64,000 nt of DNA from positions 64,001-128,000 of the forward strand of contig CAVSDR010000007.1 of NCBI GenBank assembly GCA_963726745.1, given 5' to 3'. Under the pieces are notes generated by a model. That model was not told the origin of the DNA. It worked only from the letters and a program-made list of their open reading frames with translations, and did no database searches. Shown here piece by piece: positions 19,110 to 29,107 of the stretch. The translations under genes and the position numbers were made by a program. This DNA is from an uncultured Verrucomicrobiae bacterium. Lineage in GTDB: Bacteria > Verrucomicrobiota > Verrucomicrobiia > Chthoniobacterales > UBA10450. Within the stretch, counting starts at the first letter, position 1, and every line of letters begins with the position of its first letter.

Positions 19110-20306
19110 TTAAACGGCTACTTCGACGCCCGCAGGCTTTGCGACGCGTTCACAAAGTGCTGCCAAACCTTTGAACATGGTCGCCTGCCCCCAGTGAAGC
19201 ATGGGCGTCTTTGCGGTCACGAAAGGATATTGCCGGTAGTAGAAGAATCCCTCTTGATCCTGCATGTGCTCGATCGTCCAGGTGGCGACTCGCTCCGCTA
19301 AAGTCAGCGACTCCGGGTCGTCCTCGGAAAGCACGGCCAGCGTATCGATCGCCTGCGCCGCGCATTGGATGTCCACCGGAAAAGTCCGATTGTCGTAATA
19401 CTTCGGGCGTCCAGTAGGCTCGAAAAAGTTTCGCTTAAAATACTCGAGTCCTTTGCGAAGGTTCTCTCCGAAAGCGGCCTCGCCCGTCGCCTGGATGAAG
19501 CGATGGAGGCTTTCCAGGTTATAGCCGGTGTGAAAGCTGTCGAACCAGCGATACTTCTCCTCCTCGCCATACCACCAGCCGCCATCGCCATGTTGCCGGC
19601 TGCAACTATAGAGCATCGCTTCCTGCGCCACGCGAAGGTAGCTCTCGTTACCATTCTGGGCGGCTGTCCGCGCCAGCATGGCGGCGCCGAGCATATTTGA
19701 GTTGTGGATCGAACTTTGCACCTCGGCGAGATAGCTGATGCAACTCCCGCTGGAGGTTTTTTCCCGGGGCAGGTCCATGATCCAATCACATACGCTCTCC
19801 GCGATTCGGAGAAACCAGCGGTCTTGCGTCAGTTCGTAGGCCAGCACGTAGGCCTGGCCAATGAGTGCCGTCCACACAATGATCGGATCGTTGCTGGTGT
19901 AGCGGCCGCCACGCGAAGCGAAGTCGAAATGGTTACTCCAGCTGTGGTGCTGGAAGCGCGCCACTTTGTGTTGGTCGAGCCAGCGCAAGCAATCCGCTGC
20001 CTTCTCCAGGAAACTGACCTCGCCCGTTGTCCGATAGCGTTTCAGGTAACCCCACGCCATGTAACCGCGGCCCTTGGTCGAATCCTTCGGCTGCACGCCA
20101 AGGAGCGGACGGAGGTTGATGGGAGACTGCCGGATTGCCTGGAGGAGAAGGCGCTCGCCAAAAATACTGCCAAATAATAAGGGCCGCGCCCACGAGGAAA
20201 GGCCGTCAAAAGGTTCGTAGCCTTTGTAGCTCTGCCCTTCGACCCAGCGCTGCACGCGATCGAGGCTGTCGATAAACTTAGCTGCCTTTGATTGGATCTC
20301 CTCCAT
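19110..20306 (-). CDS. (alpha/alpha)-barrel six-hairpin-like protein of polysaccharide loci, function unknown
   Basis: KGYEPFDGL, IHNSNMLGA, DGGWWYGE, DSFHTGYNL and HWGQATM motifs; start ATG 20306 lies next to the degT stop. Confidence 0.6.
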   Translation of the reverse strand: MEEIQSKAAKFIDSLDRVQRWVEGQSYKGYEPFDGLSSWARPLLFGSIFGERLLLQAIRQSPINLRPLLGVQPKDSTKGRGYMAWGYLKRYRTTGEVSFLEKAADCLRWLDQHKVARFQHHSWSNHFDFASRGGRYTSNDPIIVWTALIGQAYVLAYELTQDRWFLRIAESVCDWIMDLPREKTSSGSCISYLAEVQSSIHNSNMLGAAMLARTAAQNGNESYLRVAQEAMLYSCSRQHGDGGWWYGEEEKYRWFDSFHTGYNLESLHRFIQATGEAAFGENLRKGLEYFKRNFFEPTGRPKYYDNRTFPVDIQCAAQAIDTLAVLSEDDPESLTLAERVATWTIEHMQDQEGFFYYRQYPFVTAKTPMLHWGQATMFKGLAALCERVAKPAGVEVAV

Positions 20307-20307
20307 A

Positions 20308-21453
20308 TCAGGCAGCGCTGCGCGCGACTTCGGCCGAACCGCGAGCAGCGTCCGGCTGTTGGAAAAACTCGCGGATGGCGCTGCAAACGTATTCACACGC
20401 TGCGTCACTCATCTCCGGATAGATTGGGAGCGAAAGAATGCGGGACTGGTTTGCGTGCGCGTTGGGGTAGTCCGCCGGCGTCGACTTTAAGCGGGCGTAA
20501 GCCGGAAGAAACGGGAGCGCTTTCGGGTAGTTCAAGACCGTGTCGATGCCAGCATCCTTCAGGTGCGCGCGGAGTTCATCGCGGCGGTCGGTGCGGATGA
20601 CGTAGAGGTGGTAAACGTGCTCGCGACCGGGCGCGACTTTCGGGAGGGTCAGACCGGGAAGGTCGCGCAGGAGTTCATCGTAACGCGCGGCCACGCGCTG
20701 GCGAGCGGCGGTCCATTCGCGCAGGTGAGGTAATTTAGCCGACAAGATGGCGGCCTGCAGGCCGTCGAGCCGGCTATTGATGCCTTCCATGACATGATCC
20801 CCTTTTCCGCCGTGACGTGCGTAGGTTGCGGTCCATTCGGCTAGCTTGGCGTCGTTGGTCACGAGGCATCCGGCATCGCCATAGGCGCCGAGGTTCTTGC
20901 CGGGATAAAAGGAGAAGGTCGCCGCGTTGCCGAAGGTGCCAACGGTCTGGCCTTGAAACTTCGCCAGATGCGCTTGCGCGCAATCTTCCAGGACCCAGAG
21001 CCCGCGTTCGTTAGCCAGCGACATGATCGCGCCCATGTCGGCTGGTTGCCCGTAAAGGTGCACCGGAATGATCCCTACGGTTCGCGGTCCGATTTTTTCC
21101 GCGAGCTTTACCGGATCGATCGTGAAGGTCTCTCTATCGGTGTCGCAAAAGACCACCTGGCCGCCGGCCTGTGTGATCGCCTCCGAGCTGGAGATCCAGG
21201 AGTGCGCGGTGGTGATGACCTCGTCGCCCGGTTGAAGTCCAAGACCGCGGAGCGCGATGTAGATCGCGTCGGTCCCGTTCGCGCAGGAGACGCAATGCTT
21301 CGTGCCCACGGCGGCCGCCCATTCCTTCTCGAAAGCATCGACGTATGGGCCGCGAATGTAGGAGGACTTCGCGATGACGTCGGCAATGACCGCATCGATC
21401 TCGGACTTGATCGTAAGATACTGCGCGTGCAGGTCGACGAAGGGAATTTTCAT
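20308..21453 (-). CDS. DegT/DnrJ/EryC1/StrS PLP aminotransferase (WbpE-like)
   Basis: NGTDA, PVHLYGQ, EDCAQAH, SFYPGKNLGAYGDAG and NSRLD motifs. Confidence 0.93.
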   Translation of the reverse strand: MKIPFVDLHAQYLTIKSEIDAVIADVIAKSSYIRGPYVDAFEKEWAAAVGTKHCVSCANGTDAIYIALRGLGLQPGDEVITTAHSWISSSEAITQAGGQVVFCDTDRETFTIDPVKLAEKIGPRTVGIIPVHLYGQPADMGAIMSLANERGLWVLEDCAQAHLAKFQGQTVGTFGNAATFSFYPGKNLGAYGDAGCLVTNDAKLAEWTATYARHGGKGDHVMEGINSRLDGLQAAILSAKLPHLREWTAARQRVAARYDELLRDLPGLTLPKVAPGREHVYHLYVIRTDRRDELRAHLKDAGIDTVLNYPKALPFLPAYARLKSTPADYPNAHANQSRILSLPIYPEMSDAACEYVCSAIREFFQQPDAARGSAEVARSAA

Positions 21454-21932
21454 GAGGCAGAAGGATTGATCGGGCGCAGGAGCCGGGCGGGATTACCGGC
21501 GTAGATGCCAGGCTCCGAAATGTCCTTGGTTACGACCGAGCCGGCGCCAATGACCACGTGGTCGCAGATGCTCACCGGGAGGACGGTCACGTTCGTCCCG
21601 ATGCTGACGTGATGGCCGATGACGGTATTTCGCCAGAGGTCGCGGCGGCCTTTGGCTGGACCGCCGATGGCAAAGAGATCGTTCACAAACATCGCGCCGT
21701 GCGAGATGAAACAATCGTCGCCGATCGTGACCAATTCGCAGATAAAAGCGTGTGACTGCACCCGGCAACGCTGCCCGATGACGACGCCGCTTTGGATTTC
21801 CACGAACGGTCCGATGAAGCTTCCGTCGCCGATGGTGCAGCCATAGAGATTGGCCGGCTCGACCACGGTGACATCCCGGCCGAAGGAGACGTTTACCAAG
21901 CCGCTGCGCAGGATGCGGGGAGAGTCGCTCAC
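21450..21932 (-). CDS. Hexapeptide-repeat N-acetyltransferase (WbpD/FdtC-like)
   Basis: NLYGCTIG..IGPFVEIQ..QSHAFICE..GAGSVVTKD..GNPAR. Confidence 0.88.
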   Translation of the reverse strand: MSDSPRILRSGLVNVSFGRDVTVVEPANLYGCTIGDGSFIGPFVEIQSGVVIGQRCRVQSHAFICELVTIGDDCFISHGAMFVNDLFAIGGPAKGRRDLWRNTVIGHHVSIGTNVTVLPVSICDHVVIGAGSVVTKDISEPGIYAGNPARLLRPINPSAS

Positions 21933-22975
21933 GCCGTTGCCCCCTTAGCCAAATGACCGTTCCAAGGCCGCGCGCGCTCGAGAATGGAGACCACGCCACG
22001 CGCGTGTGACAGGCCGGTCTGAGGTTCGCGGCCTTCGCGCACGCAATCGCGGAAGTGTTCCGCTTCCACCCGCAGAGGCTCGGTGAACTTTACCTGCGGA
22101 ATGACAATATCGCCGCTGCGATAGTTAAACTGCGCGATCTGCGGGTGATCGAAGTCCATGTTTTCACCAAGGATCGCGCGCCGGTCGATCCCCTTGTCGT
22201 AAATCGTGATCTTGTTCTCCGCGATGTCGTCGTAGACGACCATCTTGCGCGAGCCGACGATAATCATCTTGCGGACCTTCTGCGGGTCGAGCCAGCTCAC
22301 GTGGATATTGGCGATGACTTTGCCAGGATACTCAAGGCTCAGGAAGACCACGTCGTCGATCCCCTCCTGCATGTAAGCCATGCCTTGCCGGCAAATGGAA
22401 ATCGGCTCGGGATTTCCCAGCCAATACTGGATGATGCTGATGTCGTGCGGCGCAAAGTTCCAGAGCGCATCAATGTCGGAACGGATGCGGCCGAGGTTCA
22501 AACGCTGACTGTAGATGTAGCGCACTTCGCCGAGATCCCCGGCGTCGATCAGCCCCTTCACGTAACGCACGGCGGCGTTGTAGACGAAGGTGTGGCCGGT
22601 CATGACCACGAGCCCGCGCTCGCGGGCGCAACGCGCGAGCTCATCGACTTCCGAGGCTTTGGTAGCCAGCGGTTTCTCGACAAAGACGTGCTTGCCGGCT
22701 TCGAGCATTTGCTGCGCGAGCTGGAAATGGCTCGCGGCTGGCGTGGCGATCACGACTGCTTTCACCTCCGGATCCCGCACAACCTCATCGACCGATCCCA
22801 GCGCGCGGCTCTTCGGGAAATTTGCTTCGACAAAGGCCCGGCGTTCCTCGCTGGCGTCGACCACATACTTAACGTGGCAATCGCGCAGCGCGGAGAAATT
22901 GCGCAGGAGATTCGGTCCCCAATACCCGCAGCCGAGCTGCGCGAGGACGAAAGGTTCAGGAGCGGTGGAGGTCAA
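21929..22975 (-). CDS. Gfo/Idh/MocA oxidoreductase (NDP-sugar 3-dehydrogenase-like)
   Basis: GCGYWGPNLLRNF, HVFVEKP, GHTF, APHDIS and SWLDPQKVR motifs; start estimated at TTG 22975. Confidence 0.88.
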   Translation of the reverse strand: MTSTAPEPFVLAQLGCGYWGPNLLRNFSALRDCHVKYVVDASEERRAFVEANFPKSRALGSVDEVVRDPEVKAVVIATPAASHFQLAQQMLEAGKHVFVEKPLATKASEVDELARCARERGLVVMTGHTFVYNAAVRYVKGLIDAGDLGEVRYIYSQRLNLGRIRSDIDALWNFAPHDISIIQYWLGNPEPISICRQGMAYMQEGIDDVVFLSLEYPGKVIANIHVSWLDPQKVRKMIIVGSRKMVVYDDIAENKITIYDKGIDRRAILGENMDFDHPQIAQFNYRSGDIVIPQVKFTEPLRVEAEHFRDCVREGREPQTGLSHARGVVSILERARPWNGHLAKGATA

Positions 22976-22983
22976 AGTAAGAC

Positions 22984-24594
22984 TTAAGCAGCGACCAGAA
23001 ATTCCTCGCCCGGGAGCAAGGGCCGGTCGGTAAATGCGGGGCCGCCGCCGGCGCTGCGCGGATGATGCACCCGGATTTGCAAAGGGGGCAACGCATCGGC
23101 TTCCGTCCCGAGCGCGCGCAAGCCGAGGCCTTCGCCGCTGGCGAAGGAAGCGGCGCGGCGTTTGCGGAACCAGGCGACCGCTTCGCCCGCTGTCGCCGAC
23201 CACACTTTTTGTGCGCGCAATTGCTCGAGCAATTCCCGGTAAGGCTGCTCCCACAAGCGTTCCGGCGCGAGGCTGCGGTCGTGCCAGTTCACCGTCAGCA
23301 CTCCGCCAAAGCGCTGACTATTTTTAATGAAGGTGGCGATGACTTCCCCGGCTTCGGCCTCGCGCAGGTGAAGGTAGGAGGGATAGAAAAGCGCCGTGTC
23401 CATCAGGTGGAGCGGGAGTTCGAGGAGGCGCTGGGCCTTGGCTGGCTGGAAAACTTGAGTGGTTCCGTTCCGATAACCGACGCTTTCATTGTAACCCAAA
23501 CTCGAATCGTAGGAGTAGCCGGCAGCTTCCAAGACCGCGGGCGAATTGGATCCAAAGAAAAGCCAATGCATGCGCACGCCGATTTCGTCCGTTCCAAGGT
23601 AAGCCTGCAACGCGGCCTGTTCCTGGCGACCGAGCTCGGCATCGCGCCAGGCATCGATTCCGTGAACCGCGATTTCATTCCCGGCCGAGTGCAAACGCTC
23701 CAAGTCTTCCCGGACATCGGCCAATTCGTAAGCGGCGGCGCGTTTCGTCTGTTCCCGACCGGAGGCATCGAGGCCGGGCCGGCCTTTCATCGGGATGAAG
23801 AAGAAAGTGGAGACAAAGTCGCGTTCCAGTTCGAGGTAATGCGCAACCTCATCCCAGAGATCGCGCGCCTGGCCGGAGTAAATAGCCGGCAAGCTCACGG
23901 CCGCTTTCCAGTTTCGCACTAATTGCGCAAGGCTCTTCCTGCCGGTGAGCGCGTCGACGATGGAACGACCGAAAGCTCGCGCGAGAAAGCCGAACGCGGT
24001 GTGATCCCAGCGGTGGCACTTGATCCGCGGATGGTCAACGTCGTGCGTCAGGCAGACGGTAAAATCATAACCCGCCGGGACGGGCGGGATCTCAACGACG
24101 GAAACTCCGTGCTCGATCAGCAATTCCCGCAAGATCGCGATGTGAAGATCAAGCGTCGGGGACCCGGCGAACTCCGCTGGTTGTCCCTGCTCCAGGAGAT
24201 GCCGAACCTCCGCGAAAAGATCGTAACCAATGCGCAGGATGACCTGTCCCGCGCGCGCCTCCTTGCGAAAGAGAGAGCGACTGTCGCCCATTCGCAGCAA
24301 GCTTTCAGCGGAACGCGGGAAGCTCATGCAGGTCCCATAAAGCGGCAGTAATTCGTCGTGGTAGCGCGTGGGCACCCCCTGCACCGGAGCACCCAAGTCG
24401 TCGTCTAGTTCCCCGCAAGCTTGTGAGCCGTAAAACAGGACCAGGCGTGCGGAGCTTGGCGGAAGCTGGCCGGTGGTGCAGAGGAGCACGTCTTCTTCGT
24501 CCCCTGGCTCGGCAAAATGCCAGGGAGTCTTAAAGAGCTCAAAGAACTCTCGCGCGATTGCGCGTTCCTCGTCTTTAACCGCCACGGCAATCAT
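22984..24594 (-). CDS. Polysaccharide deacetylase-like protein (NodB-type barrel) with N-terminal extension
   Basis: LTHDVDH, EIAVHG, GVRMHWL, YDSS, ELPLHLMD and VNWH motifs. Confidence 0.75.
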   Translation of the reverse strand: MIAVAVKDEERAIAREFFELFKTPWHFAEPGDEEDVLLCTTGQLPPSSARLVLFYGSQACGELDDDLGAPVQGVPTRYHDELLPLYGTCMSFPRSAESLLRMGDSRSLFRKEARAGQVILRIGYDLFAEVRHLLEQGQPAEFAGSPTLDLHIAILRELLIEHGVSVVEIPPVPAGYDFTVCLTHDVDHPRIKCHRWDHTAFGFLARAFGRSIVDALTGRKSLAQLVRNWKAAVSLPAIYSGQARDLWDEVAHYLELERDFVSTFFFIPMKGRPGLDASGREQTKRAAAYELADVREDLERLHSAGNEIAVHGIDAWRDAELGRQEQAALQAYLGTDEIGVRMHWLFFGSNSPAVLEAAGYSYDSSLGYNESVGYRNGTTQVFQPAKAQRLLELPLHLMDTALFYPSYLHLREAEAGEVIATFIKNSQRFGGVLTVNWHDRSLAPERLWEQPYRELLEQLRAQKVWSATAGEAVAWFRKRRAASFASGEGLGLRALGTEADALPPLQIRVHHPRSAGGGPAFTDRPLLPGEEFLVAA

Positions 24595-24602
24595 ACCTAG
24601 TT

Positions 24603-26834
24603 CTAGAACAAGCCGCTGATGGCATTCAGCAGGGCGGCCTTTTCCCGCGTCCAGGTGTGCGCCAGGTAGACTTGCTGGCCGCGGCCGACGGTTCCCAATA
24701 CTTCCTCGCGATGCCGCGCCGCGAACCGAATCTTATCCGCAAGATCGTCGGCATTCCCGAGCTCGAAGTAGAGCAAGTCGTCCGAGCCAAAGTAATCGCG
24801 AATGCCTTCCGCCTCGGGCGCGATCACCGGCTTGCCGAGGGCGAGGTATTCAAAGATGCGCGTGGGCGTGTTGATCTCGGTAAAGATGTTGCGGTGATTC
24901 GGAATGATGCCGAGATCGCACTGTTGGATCGCCTCGACGATGCCGTGGACGTTCTTCGGGCCGAGGTAATCGATATGCTCCGCGAGGCCGCGCTCGCGCG
25001 CGGAAGCGACCACGGTATCGAAGAATCCGGTGCGTCCTCCACAGACGACAAGACGCGCTTGCGGGAGCGTTTCGCGCACGCGCTCCAGCGCATCCACCGC
25101 GAGGTCGAAGCCATTTCGCGGGACGAGCGAGCCGTGGTAAAGGATGGTGAAAGGACGCTCGGACGCGTGATGTCCGTTCGTTCCATGGCCATTGAGCGAG
25201 CCGTTCGCGGTCGTAGTCGGCTGGAATTGAAAGATGGCGTCGTCGGGGGAATTCAGGACCACGGTGATCTTGTCGGCGGCGCAACTGCGGCTGGAGTAGA
25301 TCTTCTTGCAGGCCAGGTTCACCGTCAGGATGACGTCGGCAAAACCGATGCTCCAGCGCTCGAGCTTCTTCAACAGGCGCACGCTCAGGCTCTTTTCCGG
25401 AAGCCGGAAAATGGTCTGCATCAATTCCGGCATCGGATCGTGCAGATCGAGGATAACTTTGGCGCCAAAGAGCTTGGGAACAGCGGCGCTGAAGGCAAGG
25501 ACGTCGGGCATGTTGTGCACATGCACGAAGTCATAGCGCCGGCGGAGAGAACGCATGGCCAGCTGCGCGAAACAGATCGCGAGGAAGGCGGAGTATTGCC
25601 CGATGTAACTTAATTTGCCGGCGCGATGGCGTTTCAGGGGCACCCGGTAAACGTGAATGTTGCCGAAGCTTTCGTGACTGGGCTGCTCGTGGTCGTCACG
25701 ATCGTCGCGCAGGCAGATGACGTCGATCGATACTCCTTCCGCGGCCAGCGCTTCAGCCGCGCGGCGCGGCCGAGGATCTGCGGGGTAGTGTGAGAAGAGC
25801 ACCACAGCGGCGCGCTTGCCGCGCAGGCGGCGGAGCTTAGGCGAACGCGGGATGGCATTCGGGGCCGCGGTCGTGAGTTGATGCTCGCGCTCGCGCTTAA
25901 CTTCGGCGGCAACTTCCCGAGGCAAAGGATGCCAATACTCCCCGGCGTAACGCTCGCGCAGGTAGCTAAGAAACTCGCGGTAAAGTTCCACCGGATACTC
26001 CGTCGATTTCCGCCGGCCGGTCCCGAAGGACATGTAATCCGGGTGGGTATCGAGCAGGACCATGCCGCCGTGTTGCGCGATCCAATCGAGCTTGCGCATC
26101 CAAATTTCCGGGGTGGTCTCGCGCAAGAGCAGGAAGAGGGTGGAATCCTGGGGCAGCGTGTAAGGGAGTTCCACGTAGCCTTGGCTGGAGGCGCCGGCGC
26201 CATTGCCGGCGGCCCCATTCTCGGCCGCTTCATTTCCCACCCAGAAGGGGAAAATCGTGTGCCGACCTTCGGGCTGCGGCTCGAAAGGATCGGTGTCGAA
26301 AGTGGAAGCGTCGTATTGGATGCCGAGCTCGTGCATCCACTCGAGTTTGTGCAGCATGAAACCGGAACGAAAACCGGCGGCACCCCACTCGCGGAGGTAA
26401 TGATTAATGCGCTGCGCCTTCTGCTTAAACTCGCGGCGCGATTGGTAAAGGCGCCCATCGTGTTGCAGATCGTGCACCCCGACTTCGAAGCCTTGGGCAG
26501 TCAGGTCATCGCGCAATTCGCGCGGCACCGTGTAACCACCTTCGGGAATGAAGTTGAAGGAAGAGCGGAAGCCGAGTTCCTGCTCCACCTGCATGAGCTC
26601 GCGGCATTTCTTTAGTCCGACCTGCGCCTCGACGTCGTGGGTCAGGACGAGCGCGAACTTCTTGCCTTCGGGCCAGCCGCGCCAGCCATCGGGCGGCGCT
26701 TCCGAGCCGGGCATGATCGGCCAGGTGTCGCGCACATGGTCGCGCAGGCGCATGGCGAAATTTCGCCGAATGGCCGTGCGCAGAGCCTGTGGCACGAACG
26801 GCTTTACACGATAGTAGATTTTATTGCGTAACAC
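24603..26834 (-). CDS. Fusion of a polysaccharide deacetylase domain and a GT4 glycosyltransferase
   Basis: N-half has LTHDVE, EVGVHD, YDAS and DTHPDY; C-half has YPADPRPRR, HVHNMPD, DLHD and PTRIFEYLALGKPVI. Confidence 0.85.
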   Translation of the reverse strand: MLRNKIYYRVKPFVPQALRTAIRRNFAMRLRDHVRDTWPIMPGSEAPPDGWRGWPEGKKFALVLTHDVEAQVGLKKCRELMQVEQELGFRSSFNFIPEGGYTVPRELRDDLTAQGFEVGVHDLQHDGRLYQSRREFKQKAQRINHYLREWGAAGFRSGFMLHKLEWMHELGIQYDASTFDTDPFEPQPEGRHTIFPFWVGNEAAENGAAGNGAGASSQGYVELPYTLPQDSTLFLLLRETTPEIWMRKLDWIAQHGGMVLLDTHPDYMSFGTGRRKSTEYPVELYREFLSYLRERYAGEYWHPLPREVAAEVKREREHQLTTAAPNAIPRSPKLRRLRGKRAAVVLFSHYPADPRPRRAAEALAAEGVSIDVICLRDDRDDHEQPSHESFGNIHVYRVPLKRHRAGKLSYIGQYSAFLAICFAQLAMRSLRRRYDFVHVHNMPDVLAFSAAVPKLFGAKVILDLHDPMPELMQTIFRLPEKSLSVRLLKKLERWSIGFADVILTVNLACKKIYSSRSCAADKITVVLNSPDDAIFQFQPTTTANGSLNGHGTNGHHASERPFTILYHGSLVPRNGFDLAVDALERVRETLPQARLVVCGGRTGFFDTVVASARERGLAEHIDYLGPKNVHGIVEAIQQCDLGIIPNHRNIFTEINTPTRIFEYLALGKPVIAPEAEGIRDYFGSDDLLYFELGNADDLADKIRFAARHREEVLGTVGRGQQVYLAHTWTREKAALLNAISGLF

Positions 26835-26852
26835 AGGTGTGAACGCTCAGGT

Positions 26853-26876
26853 GGCATCCAGCGGCGGATGCCTTTT
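26853..26876 (+). terminator. Intergenic hairpin with T-tract on the antisense (+) strand
   Basis: GGCATCC-AGCGGC-GGATGCC-TTTT. Confidence 0.35.
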
Positions 26877-26923
26877 CGGGATGTGGTCGCCGGCTGCGGG
26901 TGACAGTCGGACGACGGTCGCGA

Positions 26924-29089
26924 CTAGGAGTCGCTGTGAAGCCACTCCGGGGTATAGGAGTGCGCTTTGTTGAAGACCATCGAGACGTTATCGCGACCTG
27001 CGATCAAGGCCTCGTAGCCGCGTTTGACGGTCTCGCGGGCGTTCTTCTCGCCTTCCACGACGAGCAGCATCTTATCCATGAACCCGGCCATGCCGAGCGT
27101 AGGACTGGTCTGGTTTAGCGGCGGCATGTCGAAGATAATGTAGTCAAAGTCGCTCGCCTTGAGGTTCGGCATCAGGTCGAAGAATTTCTTCAAGCCGAGC
27201 TGCGCCGGACCGGTGTTTTGGCTCGCGACCGTGGCCAGGTAAAGGTTATCGGCAGCGGGCGGAACGCCGTTGTCGAGCTGGAGCGCCGCGCCGAGGGATA
27301 GCGCCGGGCGGCCATCGAAAAACGGATGCACCTCGCCTTGGCCGACATTCAGGTCGACCAGGAGCACTTTGCCTTCACCAAGCTCGGAAAAGGAAGCGGC
27401 CAGGCCCGCGGCCAAGGTCGAAGCGCCCGCGCCTTTCTTGAAGCCGGTTACGCCGACGAGCTTCGGCTTATGGGTCATGCGGTTGAGCTCGAAGTAAAGT
27501 CCCAGGCGATCGCGAATGGCCTCGGTGTAAGGCCGGATAAAGTGCCCGGCCTCCCAAGGCATCGGGCCGCCACCGCCTTTGACTAAGGCTGAGCCGTTGC
27601 CGCTGTGGCGCCCGTTCTTTTTCCAAGGTAAGCGCAGTCGGCTGGCTCCATTCTGCCGGCAATCTGGAATGGCCACGAGGAGACGTGTGCCCAGGCGCTT
27701 TTCGAGTTCGATCGGGCGCTTAATTGTTTGGTTAAGGAGCAACTCGAACAAAAGAGTCAGCGCGATGGCGGCACCGATCCCGCCCCCGGCCAGGCCCATG
27801 ACGATCTTGTCGCGCTTGCCAAACACACGCGCGGGCACGCTGGGACGCTGGACCGCGCTGATGTTCGGCATCTTCGAAGGATCTAACGCTTCGTCCACGC
27901 GCGCCTTTTCCAGGGTGCCCTTGAAGTACTTGTAGTTGGCGACTTCCAATTCCTGGTTGCGTTCGAGGTCGGCGATCTGCGAGCCGACTTCGGAAAGCTT
28001 GCGGATGCCGTCGCGGATGTTCGTCAGGCGCTGCTTCAGCCGCTCGGATTTAGTCAGCAATCCGACCAGCTTGGCTTGTTCGCCCCCGAGCGTGAGTGCC
28101 GGACTGCCGTTCGCGGCGCCGCCGGCGATTTCGGGAAATTTCTCCTCCATCTCCGCGCGCTCCTTCTCCAGGTCGGCGATCTGCTTTTGGTGGAACTTCA
28201 CGATCACGTTGTCCTCGGTGTACTTCGAGAGCACCTCCAACTCGGCGGCGCGCAGCCGTTCCAGGCGCTGGACCACTGCCTGGTAATGCTGCACATCCTT
28301 GCTCTGCACCCCGCGGGCGGTCTTTTTGCTGTCGACCGGGGCGATCGGGATCTGCTCCATCATCTTCACGCGCGCGGCCTGGTCGGCGATCTCCTCCTCG
28401 GTCGTCTGGAGTTGTTCCTGCACCTTGTTCAAGCTCGCACTCAGGGAAGCGGTACTGTCGGCTAACGAGACGATGCCTGCCTTGGACTTCAAGGCGCGCA
28501 ACGCATCTTCGGTTTCGTTCAGGCGCGCATGCACCTGGTCGGTCTGCTGGGTCACGAAGTCGAACGCGCCTGCGGAACGGTGGACTTCGAGGTGTTTGTT
28601 GAAATAGCGATTCACCAATTCATCGAGCACCAGGCGCGCGAGATCGGGGTCGGCGTTCCGGTAGGCGACGAAGATGATGTTGCTCGAGCCGCTCGGCACC
28701 ACCGTGAGCCCACCCGCGACCACGCCGGCCGCTTCAGTCATCGAAGGTTGCCCGGTCGCTCCCGGGATGAGGCGCTGCGGCCCGAGCGCTTCCGCCACCT
28801 GCACCGCGAGGTCCCAACTGGTGATGATCTCCACCTCGGAGCCGATGATGTTCGCGGCCATCTTCCCGGAATTCGCATCGGGATCGATCGGCGTCCGCTC
28901 CATCACGTAACGCACCAGCAGCTTCGCGTGCGATTCATACATCGGGGTGTAGAGGATCTGCACGGTCACAGCGGCGATCACCCCAACGATTCCGCATAGG
29001 AGGATCTTCCACTTATGCTTGAAGATGGCGAAGAGGATGTCGCCTAAACTCATCCCCGAGTAATGATTGTCTGTGAGCTCGTCTGCCAT
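26924..29089 (-). CDS. Wzc/GumC-like chain-length regulator with degenerate kinase domain
   Basis: Two TM segments, a long periplasmic coiled coil and a C-terminal P-loop domain (LLVDL, IIFDMPP); Walker A reads GAGAST and there is no Tyr cluster. Confidence 0.82.
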   Translation of the reverse strand: MADELTDNHYSGMSLGDILFAIFKHKWKILLCGIVGVIAAVTVQILYTPMYESHAKLLVRYVMERTPIDPDANSGKMAANIIGSEVEIITSWDLAVQVAEALGPQRLIPGATGQPSMTEAAGVVAGGLTVVPSGSSNIIFVAYRNADPDLARLVLDELVNRYFNKHLEVHRSAGAFDFVTQQTDQVHARLNETEDALRALKSKAGIVSLADSTASLSASLNKVQEQLQTTEEEIADQAARVKMMEQIPIAPVDSKKTARGVQSKDVQHYQAVVQRLERLRAAELEVLSKYTEDNVIVKFHQKQIADLEKERAEMEEKFPEIAGGAANGSPALTLGGEQAKLVGLLTKSERLKQRLTNIRDGIRKLSEVGSQIADLERNQELEVANYKYFKGTLEKARVDEALDPSKMPNISAVQRPSVPARVFGKRDKIVMGLAGGGIGAAIALTLLFELLLNQTIKRPIELEKRLGTRLLVAIPDCRQNGASRLRLPWKKNGRHSGNGSALVKGGGGPMPWEAGHFIRPYTEAIRDRLGLYFELNRMTHKPKLVGVTGFKKGAGASTLAAGLAASFSELGEGKVLLVDLNVGQGEVHPFFDGRPALSLGAALQLDNGVPPAADNLYLATVASQNTGPAQLGLKKFFDLMPNLKASDFDYIIFDMPPLNQTSPTLGMAGFMDKMLLVVEGEKNARETVKRGYEALIAGRDNVSMVFNKAHSYTPEWLHSDS

Positions 29090-29107
29090 GAGAGGGATTG
29101 CGGTGCC

